Of a stretch of 29,609 nucleotides of DNA, positions 18,373 through 27,577 are shown in pieces. This DNA comes from a bacterium (GTDB lineage Bacteria > SZUA-182 > DTGQ01 > JAFGSM01). Position 1 is the stretch's first letter. The number at the start of each line of letters is the position of its first letter. The stretch is from contig JBLIRO010000063.1 of NCBI GenBank assembly GCA_049472335.1, positions 1-29,609 of the forward strand, given 5' to 3'. Below the pieces are notes generated by a model, which saw nothing but the letters and a program-made list of their open reading frames with translations, had not been told where the DNA came from and did not search any database. A program made the position numbers and the translations under genes.

Positions 18373-18738
18373 ATGTTTAATATATTAGCTGTTGATGATG
18401 ATCTTATGATTTGCGATGTGATATCTGATTTTCTTAAAGGAAGGGGCTACGGGGTTCGAACCGCAAAAACAGGTGAAGAGGCCCTTGAGATGATATCCTC
18501 TGAAAAACCTGATCTGGTTCTTTTGGATATGGTTATGCCGGGTATGGGGGGAGAAGCCACATTAAAAGAGATCAAAGATCTTTACCTGGATCTGCCGGTG
18601 ATAATGGTAACTGTTATGACTGATGAGAGAAAGGCTTTAAACCTTCTTGCCGAGGGTGCTTCAGATTATATAACCAAGCCAATTGATTTTAAATATCTTG
18701 AAAAAAACCTCTCGGTCTGGGAGTCACTAAAAGGTTAG
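18373..18738 (+). CDS. Single-domain response regulator (CheY-like receiver)
   Basis: ILAVDDD, VLLDMVMPGMGG, VIMVT, YITKP. GAGGG RBS. Confidence 0.93.
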   Translation: MFNILAVDDDLMICDVISDFLKGRGYGVRTAKTGEEALEMISSEKPDLVLLDMVMPGMGGEATLKEIKDLYLDLPVIMVTVMTDERKALNLLAEGASDYITKPIDFKYLEKNLSVWESLKG

Positions 18739-18752
18739 TTTCGATTTCCAGC

Positions 18753-21700
18753 TCATTGAACCGCTCCAAGATATTCCCTTTTTCCTGGTATAGTGTCAGC
18801 ATAAAAATCTTCTGCCTGGTCCATTCTAACCGAGACTATCTTGGATACTCCGGGCGTTTCCATTGTGATGCCATAAATTGAATCTACATTCATCATCGTC
18901 CGCTTGCAATGTGTGATAATTATAAATTGTGTTTTTTCTTTCATTTCCTTAATAAGTCTTAAAAAACGGTCAACATTGGTTTCGTCGAGCGGGGCATCTA
19001 CTTCGTCCAGGATACAGAAAGGACTCGGTTTGAGTTGATAAACGGCCAAAATGAGCGCTAAAGCAGTCAGGGCCTTTTCACCTCCGGAGAGCAGATCAAT
19101 CCTCTGAAGCCTTTTGCCGGGAGGTTGAGCGATAATATGAATACCGGCCTCCAGGCAATCCATTCCTTCCTCCAAATGAAGTTCCGCCTGCCCTCCATTA
19201 AAGAGACGGGCAAAAATCTGCTGAAAATCCTCTTTAATCTTATAGAAAGCACCATGAAAAAGCTCCCTGGATGTGGAATTGATTTCTCTGATGATAGATC
19301 TCAGAGATTCAAGCGCCTTTTGAAGGTCCGATATTTGATTGTTGAGAAATTGATATCTTTCATTAACTTCCTCAAACGCCTCTATGGCTCCGAGATTTAC
19401 AGAACCAAAATTTTGTGTTCTCTCTTTCAGCCTTTCTAATTGCACCTTTAAATCGCCCAATTCGGATTCAAACTTAACAATATCGTCTTGTGAGGTAACA
19501 TCTTCAGGGATAAAAGAAAAATCCTGTTGCAGATCATCCAGTCTGGTTTTCCATTCCGCAACCTCTATTTCCTTTGACTTGAGCTGCTTTCTTATCTGCT
19601 CCAGATCATGGCGTATGGACCTGAGGTCATCTTCGTCTTCCATGACCTTACCTTTTGCCCTATTGAACAAGTTTCTAATACCTTCAAGGTCCTGCTGATA
19701 TTTAATTACATTATTCCTAAAGCCAGGCAAACTTTCATCAACCTGACAGATCTCTTGTTCAATCGCGGAAATCCTTTTATTTATTCCTTCGATCTCCTCC
19801 CCGGTTTTAACCAAATCCATTTCTCTTTCTGTATAGGTATCTTCATATCCCTTCTTTTCTCTATTGAGCGCAAGGATCCTCTCCCTTCTGGACACAAGGG
19901 TCATTCCCTCTTCCATATAAGTCTGATTGATCGTATCTCTTATCTTTTGTGCAATCTTTCGTTTTTCTTCCAATGTCTGGATCTCTTTCTTTAAAGAATC
20001 GAGATCCTCAATGATTTTCCTCTCCTCTTCCTGTTCTTTGAGAACGGATTGCCGTACATTGATCAAATCCTTTTCTGATTGAATTCTGGCCTGAACAATC
20101 TTTGTTTTTCGTTTTTCCAATATCTCTTTTTCCTTATCAAAATATTTTCGGTCCCGGTTCAAATCCTTTATCATGCTTTCGTTCCCTGCGATTTCCTCTC
20201 TAATCCCGGAAAGCTCTTGATCAATATCGATCCTTTCTTTTTTAAGACTGTCCTGTTCTCTTAATAGACCGTTTAGCCGTGTCTCCTCAAGGGTTATCTT
20301 TTCAGCAAGCTCTTTCAGCTCCCTTTTACGGCTTAAAATTCCTGCTGGTCCTGTTTCCGTTCCCCCGCCTATTAATATCCCTCCGGACCTTATTATATCC
20401 CCTTCCAAAGTCACAAAACTCCACCTGTCTCCATATTTCCCCTCTAAATTTAGCGCCGTTTTCAGATCATCGACTACCAAAAAATCACCGAGAAACCAGA
20501 AAAAGATTTTTCTATAATCAGCCTCAAAGCGGGCCAAATCTATCAGCCTGCCAATAAAGCCGGGATGTGCCTTTATTTCGGCAACGATCTGCGCGTTATC
20601 CTCTTCCCTGGCCATGGAAATGGGCACAAAAGTGGCCTTTCCCTTCTTGCTTGAACGAAGTTCATCTATCATCTCAAGCGCTTCATCTCTGGATTCTATC
20701 AAAATATCCTGGATATCATCCCCTAATACTGCTTCCAAAGCAGGTTCATACTGTCTTTCAATGCTTAGAAAATGAGCAATGGTTTTTTTAGTCGAAGGCC
20801 TTTGAAGCAGATGCCTGACAGCAGAGCGAAAGCCCTCCATTTTTCTTTCAAGCTCTTCCAGGTGTGCCTTTTTATGTCTTAATCCGGCACTTAATTCGCG
20901 TTCTTTCTCTATTTTTACAACCTGGTCCTTTAATAATTCCGATAGCCTATTATATTCTTCTTCATGCTTTTGCCGAATCTCTTCCATCGCTTTCATCCGG
21001 GTCAGGACATCCTCTGTCTTTTTTCCGATCGAGGTTATCTCGTATCTTATATTTTCTTCCTCCCTCGATAATTCCTTCTCTGAATCAATCCCCTCAGAGA
21101 TATTCTTTTTAATACTTGCCTCTTTTGCCTTAAGATGGGAAAGATTGTTCCGGGCCAGACTAATACTGGTATTAAAAACCGACAAATCCCTTTTCTTCTT
21201 TTCCAACTGATCATTGATTGTATTCAATTGGCTCTGGGACCTGGCCTTTTCCTCTTCCATGTCTTTCTTTTTATTCTCCCCCGTCAAAAGATCGGATTCT
21301 AACTTAGCAAGCTCGGAATTCAACTCTTCAAATGCCTCTTTGCTTCGTTTTTGCTTTTCATTGAGAAGCTCCTTCTCCCTGGTGAGACGAACCAATGTTT
21401 CTTCCCGCAGCGTTTTTTCTTGTATCAAAGACTCCAGTCCTTTTTCCATTTGTCTTTTTTCCGCCTCTTTTTCCCAGAGCTCTTTTTGTAATCGCTCAAA
21501 ATCCGATCCCAATCGCAGGGATTCAAGGTGGGATTTTTCCTGCTCTGCCTCCCGGCTTCTTAATTGGGCAAGGATACCCTGCTCCTTATCTGACAGCTTC
21601 CGATAATCCGATTCTGTTTGTCTCAAATGAAACATTATGATTTTATATCGCATTATAAGGCAGCGATTTTCCTTTTCTTCGGTCTGCTGGCAAAGGGTCT

Positions 21701-22343
21701 TATAAAGCCTTGCCTGCCTTGCCTGCCTTTGAAGGGATTTGCGCTGGTTTTCCACCTCATTTTTGATATCCTGTATCCGATCCAGGTTCCCCTTTGTTAA
21801 CTCCATCTTCTGAACAGCTTCCCTCTTTCGTTCTTTATACTTCAATATGCCTGCCGCTGTTTCGACCAAAATCCTTCTTTCCTGTGGTTTCGCGTTGATT
21901 ATGAAATCTATGTTTCCTTGCTCAACAGTCGTATATGCCCTTTTGTTCATTCCCCATTCCAGAAAAAGATCCGTAATATCCTTAAGCCTGCATGTTTTTT
22001 TGTTAAACAGGTACTCGCTTTCACCTGACCTGTATAACTTGCGTGTGATTTGAATCTGTTTGTAATTCAAAGGGAGGGAGCCCAGGTTGCTCATCTCGAG
22101 GTTTATTTCTGCCATGCCCAGGGGTTTGCGGGAAGCCGTTCCATTAAAAATGACGTCTCCCATCTCTTTTCCCCTCAGGAAACGGGCATTCTGCTCTCCT
22201 AAAACCCAGCGGATAGCATCACTTATATTGCTTTTTCCGCATCCGTTTGGTCCGACAATGGCGGTAAGACCCGGCTGAAATTCCAATTCTATTTCATCCG
22301 CAAATGACTTAAAGCCAAGGATTCTTAGTTTAGTCAACCTCAT
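18753..22343 (-). CDS. smc: Chromosome segregation protein SMC
   Basis: GFKSFAD, Walker A GPNGCGKSN, long coiled coils with a central hinge, LSGGE signature, Walker B ILDEVDAPLD. Confidence 0.97.
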   Translation of the reverse strand: MRLTKLRILGFKSFADEIELEFQPGLTAIVGPNGCGKSNISDAIRWVLGEQNARFLRGKEMGDVIFNGTASRKPLGMAEINLEMSNLGSLPLNYKQIQITRKLYRSGESEYLFNKKTCRLKDITDLFLEWGMNKRAYTTVEQGNIDFIINAKPQERRILVETAAGILKYKERKREAVQKMELTKGNLDRIQDIKNEVENQRKSLQRQARQARLYKTLCQQTEEKENRCLIMRYKIIMFHLRQTESDYRKLSDKEQGILAQLRSREAEQEKSHLESLRLGSDFERLQKELWEKEAEKRQMEKGLESLIQEKTLREETLVRLTREKELLNEKQKRSKEAFEELNSELAKLESDLLTGENKKKDMEEEKARSQSQLNTINDQLEKKKRDLSVFNTSISLARNNLSHLKAKEASIKKNISEGIDSEKELSREEENIRYEITSIGKKTEDVLTRMKAMEEIRQKHEEEYNRLSELLKDQVVKIEKERELSAGLRHKKAHLEELERKMEGFRSAVRHLLQRPSTKKTIAHFLSIERQYEPALEAVLGDDIQDILIESRDEALEMIDELRSSKKGKATFVPISMAREEDNAQIVAEIKAHPGFIGRLIDLARFEADYRKIFFWFLGDFLVVDDLKTALNLEGKYGDRWSFVTLEGDIIRSGGILIGGGTETGPAGILSRKRELKELAEKITLEETRLNGLLREQDSLKKERIDIDQELSGIREEIAGNESMIKDLNRDRKYFDKEKEILEKRKTKIVQARIQSEKDLINVRQSVLKEQEEERKIIEDLDSLKKEIQTLEEKRKIAQKIRDTINQTYMEEGMTLVSRRERILALNREKKGYEDTYTEREMDLVKTGEEIEGINKRISAIEQEICQVDESLPGFRNNVIKYQQDLEGIRNLFNRAKGKVMEDEDDLRSIRHDLEQIRKQLKSKEIEVAEWKTRLDDLQQDFSFIPEDVTSQDDIVKFESELGDLKVQLERLKERTQNFGSVNLGAIEAFEEVNERYQFLNNQISDLQKALESLRSIIREINSTSRELFHGAFYKIKEDFQQIFARLFNGGQAELHLEEGMDCLEAGIHIIAQPPGKRLQRIDLLSGGEKALTALALILAVYQLKPSPFCILDEVDAPLDETNVDRFLRLIKEMKEKTQFIIITHCKRTMMNVDSIYGITMETPGVSKIVSVRMDQAEDFYADTIPGKREYLGAVQ

Positions 22344-22348
22344 GGATT

Positions 22349-23530
22349 TTATGGGGAGAGTTCTTTTACCACGGCCTCAATCCGCTCCATGGCCTTTTCA
22401 AGCACATCCATACCGGTAGCATAAGAAAGACGGACATGGGAATCGGAGCCAAAAGCCTCACCTGTAACAACACCCACTTTGGCATGATCCAGCAGGTATC
22501 CGGTGAATTCATTCGCACATGATAATCTCGGTCCAAATAAACCTGAAACGTTGGGAAAACAATAAAAGGCCCCTTTGGGAAGCATACAGGATACCCCCGG
22601 AAGCGCCTCCAGGCTTTGAACAACATAATCCCTTCGCTTTTTGAATTCCCCAACCATCTCCGTTACCTTTGTCTGATCCCCTTTCAAGGCTTCTATGGCG
22701 GCCTTCTGTGAAATAGAGGTTGGATTCGAAGTGGTCTGGCTTTGTATTTTATTTACAGCCTTGATGATCCATTCCGGTCCTGCCATATAGCCAATTCTCC
22801 AACCGGTCATGGAATAGGTTTTAGATACCGCGTTTACAGTCAATGTTATCGATTTAATTTCAGGTGAAAGACCTGCAAGGCTGTAATGAATGTGTCCGTC
22901 ATAAATGATACGTTCGTAGCATTCATCGGATATAAGGATGAGGTCATGTTTTAGAGCGACATTGGCTATAGATTCAAGGGTTTTCTTATCATATACAGCA
23001 CCGGTTGGATTGGAGGGTGTATTAATGATTATAGCCCTGGTGTGTGTGGTGATCTTCTCCTCAAGCTTCTCAGGCTGGATCATAAAACCGGTTGATTCAT
23101 CAGTTTGCAGGATGACCGGTGTTGCCCCAACCAGTTTAATCTGCTCCGGATAACTAACCCAGTAAGGTGCAGGGACAATGATCTCATCCCCTTCCTCAAA
23201 GAGCGCCAGGGCGATATTATATAGTGAATGCTTGGCGCCGCAGGAAACGATGACTTCTGATTCATTGTATATAAGATCATTTTCCCTTGCCAGTTTTTCA
23301 CATATGGCCTCTTTAATCTCAACGGTGCCACCGGGAGCCGTATATTTTGTGAAGCCTTCTCTGATCGACTTTATCGCTGCTTCTTTGATATTATCGGGTG
23401 TATCAAAGTCGGGCTCTCCGGCTCCAAGGCCTATGATATCGATACCCTTCTTTTTCATTAGATCTGCCTTGGCTTTAATCGCCAGGGTAGGAGATGTTGC
23501 AATACTGGATACACGGCTTGAAAGTTTCAT
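22349..23530 (-). CDS. aspC: PLP-dependent aspartate aminotransferase (class I)
   Basis: GAGEPDFDTP, NTPSNPTG, SDECY, SKTYSMTGWRIG (PLP lysine). Confidence 0.9.
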   Translation of the reverse strand: MKLSSRVSSIATSPTLAIKAKADLMKKKGIDIIGLGAGEPDFDTPDNIKEAAIKSIREGFTKYTAPGGTVEIKEAICEKLARENDLIYNESEVIVSCGAKHSLYNIALALFEEGDEIIVPAPYWVSYPEQIKLVGATPVILQTDESTGFMIQPEKLEEKITTHTRAIIINTPSNPTGAVYDKKTLESIANVALKHDLILISDECYERIIYDGHIHYSLAGLSPEIKSITLTVNAVSKTYSMTGWRIGYMAGPEWIIKAVNKIQSQTTSNPTSISQKAAIEALKGDQTKVTEMVGEFKKRRDYVVQSLEALPGVSCMLPKGAFYCFPNVSGLFGPRLSCANEFTGYLLDHAKVGVVTGEAFGSDSHVRLSYATGMDVLEKAMERIEAVVKELSP

Positions 23531-23534
23531 TTTC

Positions 23535-24023
23535 TTATTGATCCTTTTTATGAAGTCCCTTCATTTTCTCGACAACACACGGCGGCACCATATCCTCTAT
23601 CCTGCCGCCGAACTGTGCTAATTCTTTTACAATACTTGAACTGAGATAAATATGATTCTCGTCAGGCATCATAAAAACCGTTTCGATTTTTTCATCCTGC
23701 TGCCTGTTCACAAGGGCCATCTGAAGCTCATACTCAAAATCCGACACTGCACGCAAACCCCTGATAATGACCTGCGCATTAAATTTCTTCACACAATCAA
23801 TAAGCAGGCAATCGAATGATACAGCTTCTACCTCAGGGTATGGCTCTATGGACTCTCGAACCATGGCCAGCCTTTCCTCTATTCTAAAGAATGGTCTTTT
23901 AAGAGGATTTTCAGCGACTGCGACAATTAGCTTGCTAAACAGTTTATTACCCCTGACAATCAAATCCAGATGCCCATTTGTGATGGGATCAAAGCTTCCC
24001 GGGTAAATGGCACGAATATTCAT
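23535..24023 (-). CDS. coaD: Pantetheine-phosphate adenylyltransferase
   Basis: YPGSFDPITNGHLD, RGLRAVSDFEYE, SSSIVKE. Confidence 0.97.
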   Translation of the reverse strand: MNIRAIYPGSFDPITNGHLDLIVRGNKLFSKLIVAVAENPLKRPFFRIEERLAMVRESIEPYPEVEAVSFDCLLIDCVKKFNAQVIIRGLRAVSDFEYELQMALVNRQQDEKIETVFMMPDENHIYLSSSIVKELAQFGGRIEDMVPPCVVEKMKGLHKKDQ

Positions 24024-24033
24024 TCTAAAAAAC

Positions 24034-24612
24034 CTAAATCTCCATGCAATGGTATGAATTAATGACCGTATCTCCGAATTTATATTCCTTTTGGATTATA
24101 AGGTCACTGACCTTTTCGGGGACAGGCTTTTTTACCGAATGTTCAACCAAAACACTCGCTTTGGGAAGAAGAAGGCCGCCCGTCGAAATTGCTTCCAGGG
24201 TCTTCATAATCAGATTTGAACTGTAAGGAGGGTCTGCAAAAATGTACCGGAATTTTCTTTGTCGATTGCTCAATGATTGTATGGCTTGCAATACATCACA
24301 TTGTATAATCTCAAAATTCTGTTTAAAACCACATTTTGATAAATTATCCTTAACCAGTTCTATAGAAGAGGACTTATTATCAACAAATACAACATTATGT
24401 GCCCCACGGCTGAGCGCTTCTATCCCCATTGCACCTGTACCACAAAAAAGGTCCAAGAAGGCTGAATCCTCTATTTCAGGGCCGATAATGTCAAAAACTG
24501 CCTCTCTGACCTTATCGGAAGTCGGCCTTAAAACAGATACACCAAAAGGGGCTTTCAGTGATCTGCCTTTTGCCACGCCAGAGATCACCCTCATATTCTT
24601 TTCCCCAAACAA
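24034..24612 (-). CDS. rsmD: 16S rRNA (guanine966-N2)-methyltransferase
   Basis: MRVISG.AKGR.L, RPTSDKVREAVF, LDLFCGTGAMGIEALSRGA, DPPY. Adjacent to coaD. The start is probably ATG 24594. Confidence 0.95.
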   Translation of the reverse strand: MFGEKNMRVISGVAKGRSLKAPFGVSVLRPTSDKVREAVFDIIGPEIEDSAFLDLFCGTGAMGIEALSRGAHNVVFVDNKSSSIELVKDNLSKCGFKQNFEIIQCDVLQAIQSLSNRQRKFRYIFADPPYSSNLIMKTLEAISTGGLLLPKASVLVEHSVKKPVPEKVSDLIIQKEYKFGDTVINSYHCMEI

Positions 24613-24620
24613 TTAATATC

Positions 24621-24772
24621 GCAACCTCTCAAAATCCCGTGGGATCTTGAAAAAATTGCAAAATGCAAAATGCAAATTTTAAAATGAAAAATAATGTATT
24701 CCTTAAATTTTCATTTTTCATTTTGAAATTTTCATTAACTACCAGAAAACCACACAGTGTTTGAATAGCTAC
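24621..24772. repeat. Intergenic element with opposed heptamer arrays; possible degenerate MITE
   Basis: TGCAAAA-type repeats (~24653-24690) face TTTTCAT-type repeats (~24707-24736). Ends are GCAACCTCTCAAA / TTTGAATAGCTAC. Flanks TTAATATC (24613-20) and CCAATATC (24773-80) match at 6/8. Confidence 0.5.
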
Positions 24773-24796
24773 CCAATATCATGTAAAGAGAAAAAT

Positions 24797-27514
24797 CTAA
24801 GATTCCTTTATTTTGGCTTGTGCAGCCGCTAATCTTGCAATCGGGACCCTGAAGGGTGAACAACTGACATAATTGAGGTTTGTCCTATGGCAAAACTCAA
24901 CAGACCTGGGTTCACCGCCATGCTCTCCGCATATACCGATCTTCAGATCAGGCCTGGCCTTCCTGCCTCTTTCAACACCCATCTGAACAAGTTGTCCTAC
25001 ACCTTCCTGATCAAGGGATATGAATGGATCATGGGGCAGTATGCCTTTTTCCACATACTCCGGTAGGAACACACCGGCATCATCCCTGGAAAAGCCAAAG
25101 GTCATCTGTGTCAGGTCATTAGTTCCAAAGGAAAAGAATTCGGCCTCCTTGGCTATCTGTTCCGCTGTCAAGGCCGCCCTGGGAATCTCGATCATTGTAC
25201 CGATCATATAGTCAAGCTTTACTTTATGCTCGGACATCACCTTTTCAGCCACTTCAATCGCCGATTTCTTAAGCATGGCTAACTCTTCAACAGTGCCAAT
25301 GAGGGGAATCATGACCTCGGGCACTATGGTAAACCCTTTTTGTGTCAGTTCGCAGGCAGCCTCGAAAATGGCCCTTACCTGCATCTCATATATCTCAGGA
25401 TAGGTGACACCCAACCTGCATCCCCTGTGTCCCAGCATCGGATTCATCTCGTGTAACGACTCCACATTCTGCAGCAGTTTCTCCTTTACCTGAATCTTGG
25501 CAAGTATCTGGTCAATCTCCTCTAAACTATTGACATCCCTTAATCCCATCTTCAGATTGGCAATCTCGCATATAAGCTCCTCCCTTCGGGGAAGAAATTC
25601 GTGCAAAGGAGGATCAAGGAGCCGTATGGTTACAGGAAGGTCCTTCATGGCTTCAAAGATACCGAGGAAATCGGCTTTCTGCATGGGCAGCAGTTTGTCC
25701 AGTGCGCCCATTCTGGCTTCCTTGTTCTTGGACATAATCATTTCCTGGACATGGGGGAGCCTGTCATCTCCGAAAAACATATGCTCCGTCCTGCAAAGCC
25801 CGATCCCTTCCGCGCCAAAGTTTCTGGCTACCCGGGCATCTTTAGGCGTATCGGCATTAGTCCTTACCTTCAATCTGCGTATTTCGTCGGCCCATGACAT
25901 GAGAGTGCCGAAATCACCGCTCAATTCGGGCTGCACCAGGTTAACCTGCCCCAAAATCACCTGACCGGTGGAACCGTTAAGGGTGATGTAGTCCCCCTCT
26001 TTAATAACTGTGCCGTTTACAGTCATCTGACCGCGCTGCTCATTGATATTCAATGCTCCGCAGCCGGCCACGCAGCATTTCCCCATGCCCCTTGCTACGA
26101 CAGCGGCATGTGATGTCATTCCACCCCGTGCCGTAAGTATCCCTTTAGCAACGTGCATCCCGCCAATGTCCTCGGGTGAGGTCTCATTTCTTACAAGTAT
26201 CACTGGTTCGCCTTCTCCCGCCTTCTTAATAGCATCATCAGCGGTAAAAATAACCTTCCCGACCGCTGCGCCAGGAGAAGCGGGCAACCCCTTGGCCAGC
26301 ACTTTTACAGAGGCATTGGGATCGATCATGGGATGAAGCAACTGATTAAGCTGCTCCGGTTCCACTCTGAGCAAGGCTGTCTTTTTGTCAATAAGGCCCT
26401 CTTTTACCATATCAACAGCGATCTTAACTGCCGCGGCAGCAGTTCTCTTGCCTGTCCTTGTCTGCAGCAGGAAGAGCCTCCCCTTTTGGATGGTAAACTC
26501 CAGGTCCTGCATATCTTTATAATGTGTTTCCAGTTTTCTTTGTATCTCGTCCAGTTCTTTATAGACATCCGACATCTCCTCTTCAAGAGATGTCAACTCG
26601 GAATCCTTTTTTTGTGCTATATTAATGGGCTGAGGGGTACGGATTCCCGCCACCACGTCTTCCCCCTGGGCATTCATGAGATATTCACCAAAAAAAATCT
26701 TTTCCCCTGTACTCGGATCACGGGTAAAGGCGACACCGGTACCGGAATCAGTGCCCAGGTTGCCGTATACCATGGATTGAACATTGACCGCCGTTCCCCA
26801 GTGATGTGGAAGATGATGTATATTTCTATAAGTGATCGCGCGCTCATTATGCCATGATCCGAAAACTGCCCCTATGGACATCTCAAGCTGTTTTTTCGGG
26901 TCCTGGGGGAAGCTCATTCCTGTTTCCTTCTTTACCAGTGCCTTATATTTTTCAACTATATCCTTGAGGGCTTCCACATCCAGTTCCGTATCAAGCTTAA
27001 CGCCGAGTTCATCTTTTTTTTGCTGGAGTATCTTTTCAAATTTTTCATGCTTTAGTCCCAGGACAACATCCCCGAACATATTTATGAACCTGCGGTAACT
27101 GTCATAAGCAAAGCGGGGATTTCCGCTCTGTTTGATGAGACCCTGTATGGTTTCATCATTCAGCCCGAGGTTCAGCACAGTATCCATCATCCCGGGCATA
27201 GAGACCCTGGCTCCGCTTCTGACTGAGACCAGAAGAGGATTCTCAACATCTCCGAATCTTGCTCCCATGGTCTGTTCAACCTTTTTCAGATTTTCCTCAA
27301 CCTGCTCCCACATACCCGGAGGGAATTGTTTATTGTTTTCGTAATAATCTATGCAAACCTCTGTGGTAATGCTGAAACCGGCCGGGACAGGGACTCCGAC
27401 ATTGGTCATCTCAGCAAGATTTGCCCCTTTGCCTCCCAAAAGGTTCTTCATGTCTGCCCTTCCTTCAGCCATACCTTTTCCGAAAAAATATACCATTTTT
27501 TTATTGTCTGACAT
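24797..27514 (-). CDS. ppdK: Pyruvate, phosphate dikinase
   Basis: [40 protein letters not shown] (phospho-His), [29 protein letters not shown]. Confidence 0.98.
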   Translation of the reverse strand: MSDNKKMVYFFGKGMAEGRADMKNLLGGKGANLAEMTNVGVPVPAGFSITTEVCIDYYENNKQFPPGMWEQVEENLKKVEQTMGARFGDVENPLLVSVRSGARVSMPGMMDTVLNLGLNDETIQGLIKQSGNPRFAYDSYRRFINMFGDVVLGLKHEKFEKILQQKKDELGVKLDTELDVEALKDIVEKYKALVKKETGMSFPQDPKKQLEMSIGAVFGSWHNERAITYRNIHHLPHHWGTAVNVQSMVYGNLGTDSGTGVAFTRDPSTGEKIFFGEYLMNAQGEDVVAGIRTPQPINIAQKKDSELTSLEEEMSDVYKELDEIQRKLETHYKDMQDLEFTIQKGRLFLLQTRTGKRTAAAAVKIAVDMVKEGLIDKKTALLRVEPEQLNQLLHPMIDPNASVKVLAKGLPASPGAAVGKVIFTADDAIKKAGEGEPVILVRNETSPEDIGGMHVAKGILTARGGMTSHAAVVARGMGKCCVAGCGALNINEQRGQMTVNGTVIKEGDYITLNGSTGQVILGQVNLVQPELSGDFGTLMSWADEIRRLKVRTNADTPKDARVARNFGAEGIGLCRTEHMFFGDDRLPHVQEMIMSKNKEARMGALDKLLPMQKADFLGIFEAMKDLPVTIRLLDPPLHEFLPRREELICEIANLKMGLRDVNSLEEIDQILAKIQVKEKLLQNVESLHEMNPMLGHRGCRLGVTYPEIYEMQVRAIFEAACELTQKGFTIVPEVMIPLIGTVEELAMLKKSAIEVAEKVMSEHKVKLDYMIGTMIEIPRAALTAEQIAKEAEFFSFGTNDLTQMTFGFSRDDAGVFLPEYVEKGILPHDPFISLDQEGVGQLVQMGVERGRKARPDLKIGICGEHGGEPRSVEFCHRTNLNYVSCSPFRVPIARLAAAQAKIKES

Positions 27515-27577
27515 TAAAAAAACCCCCTTTCAGACGTTTCTCTTCTTTTTTAGTTTTGACGATCCCATATCCATAAT

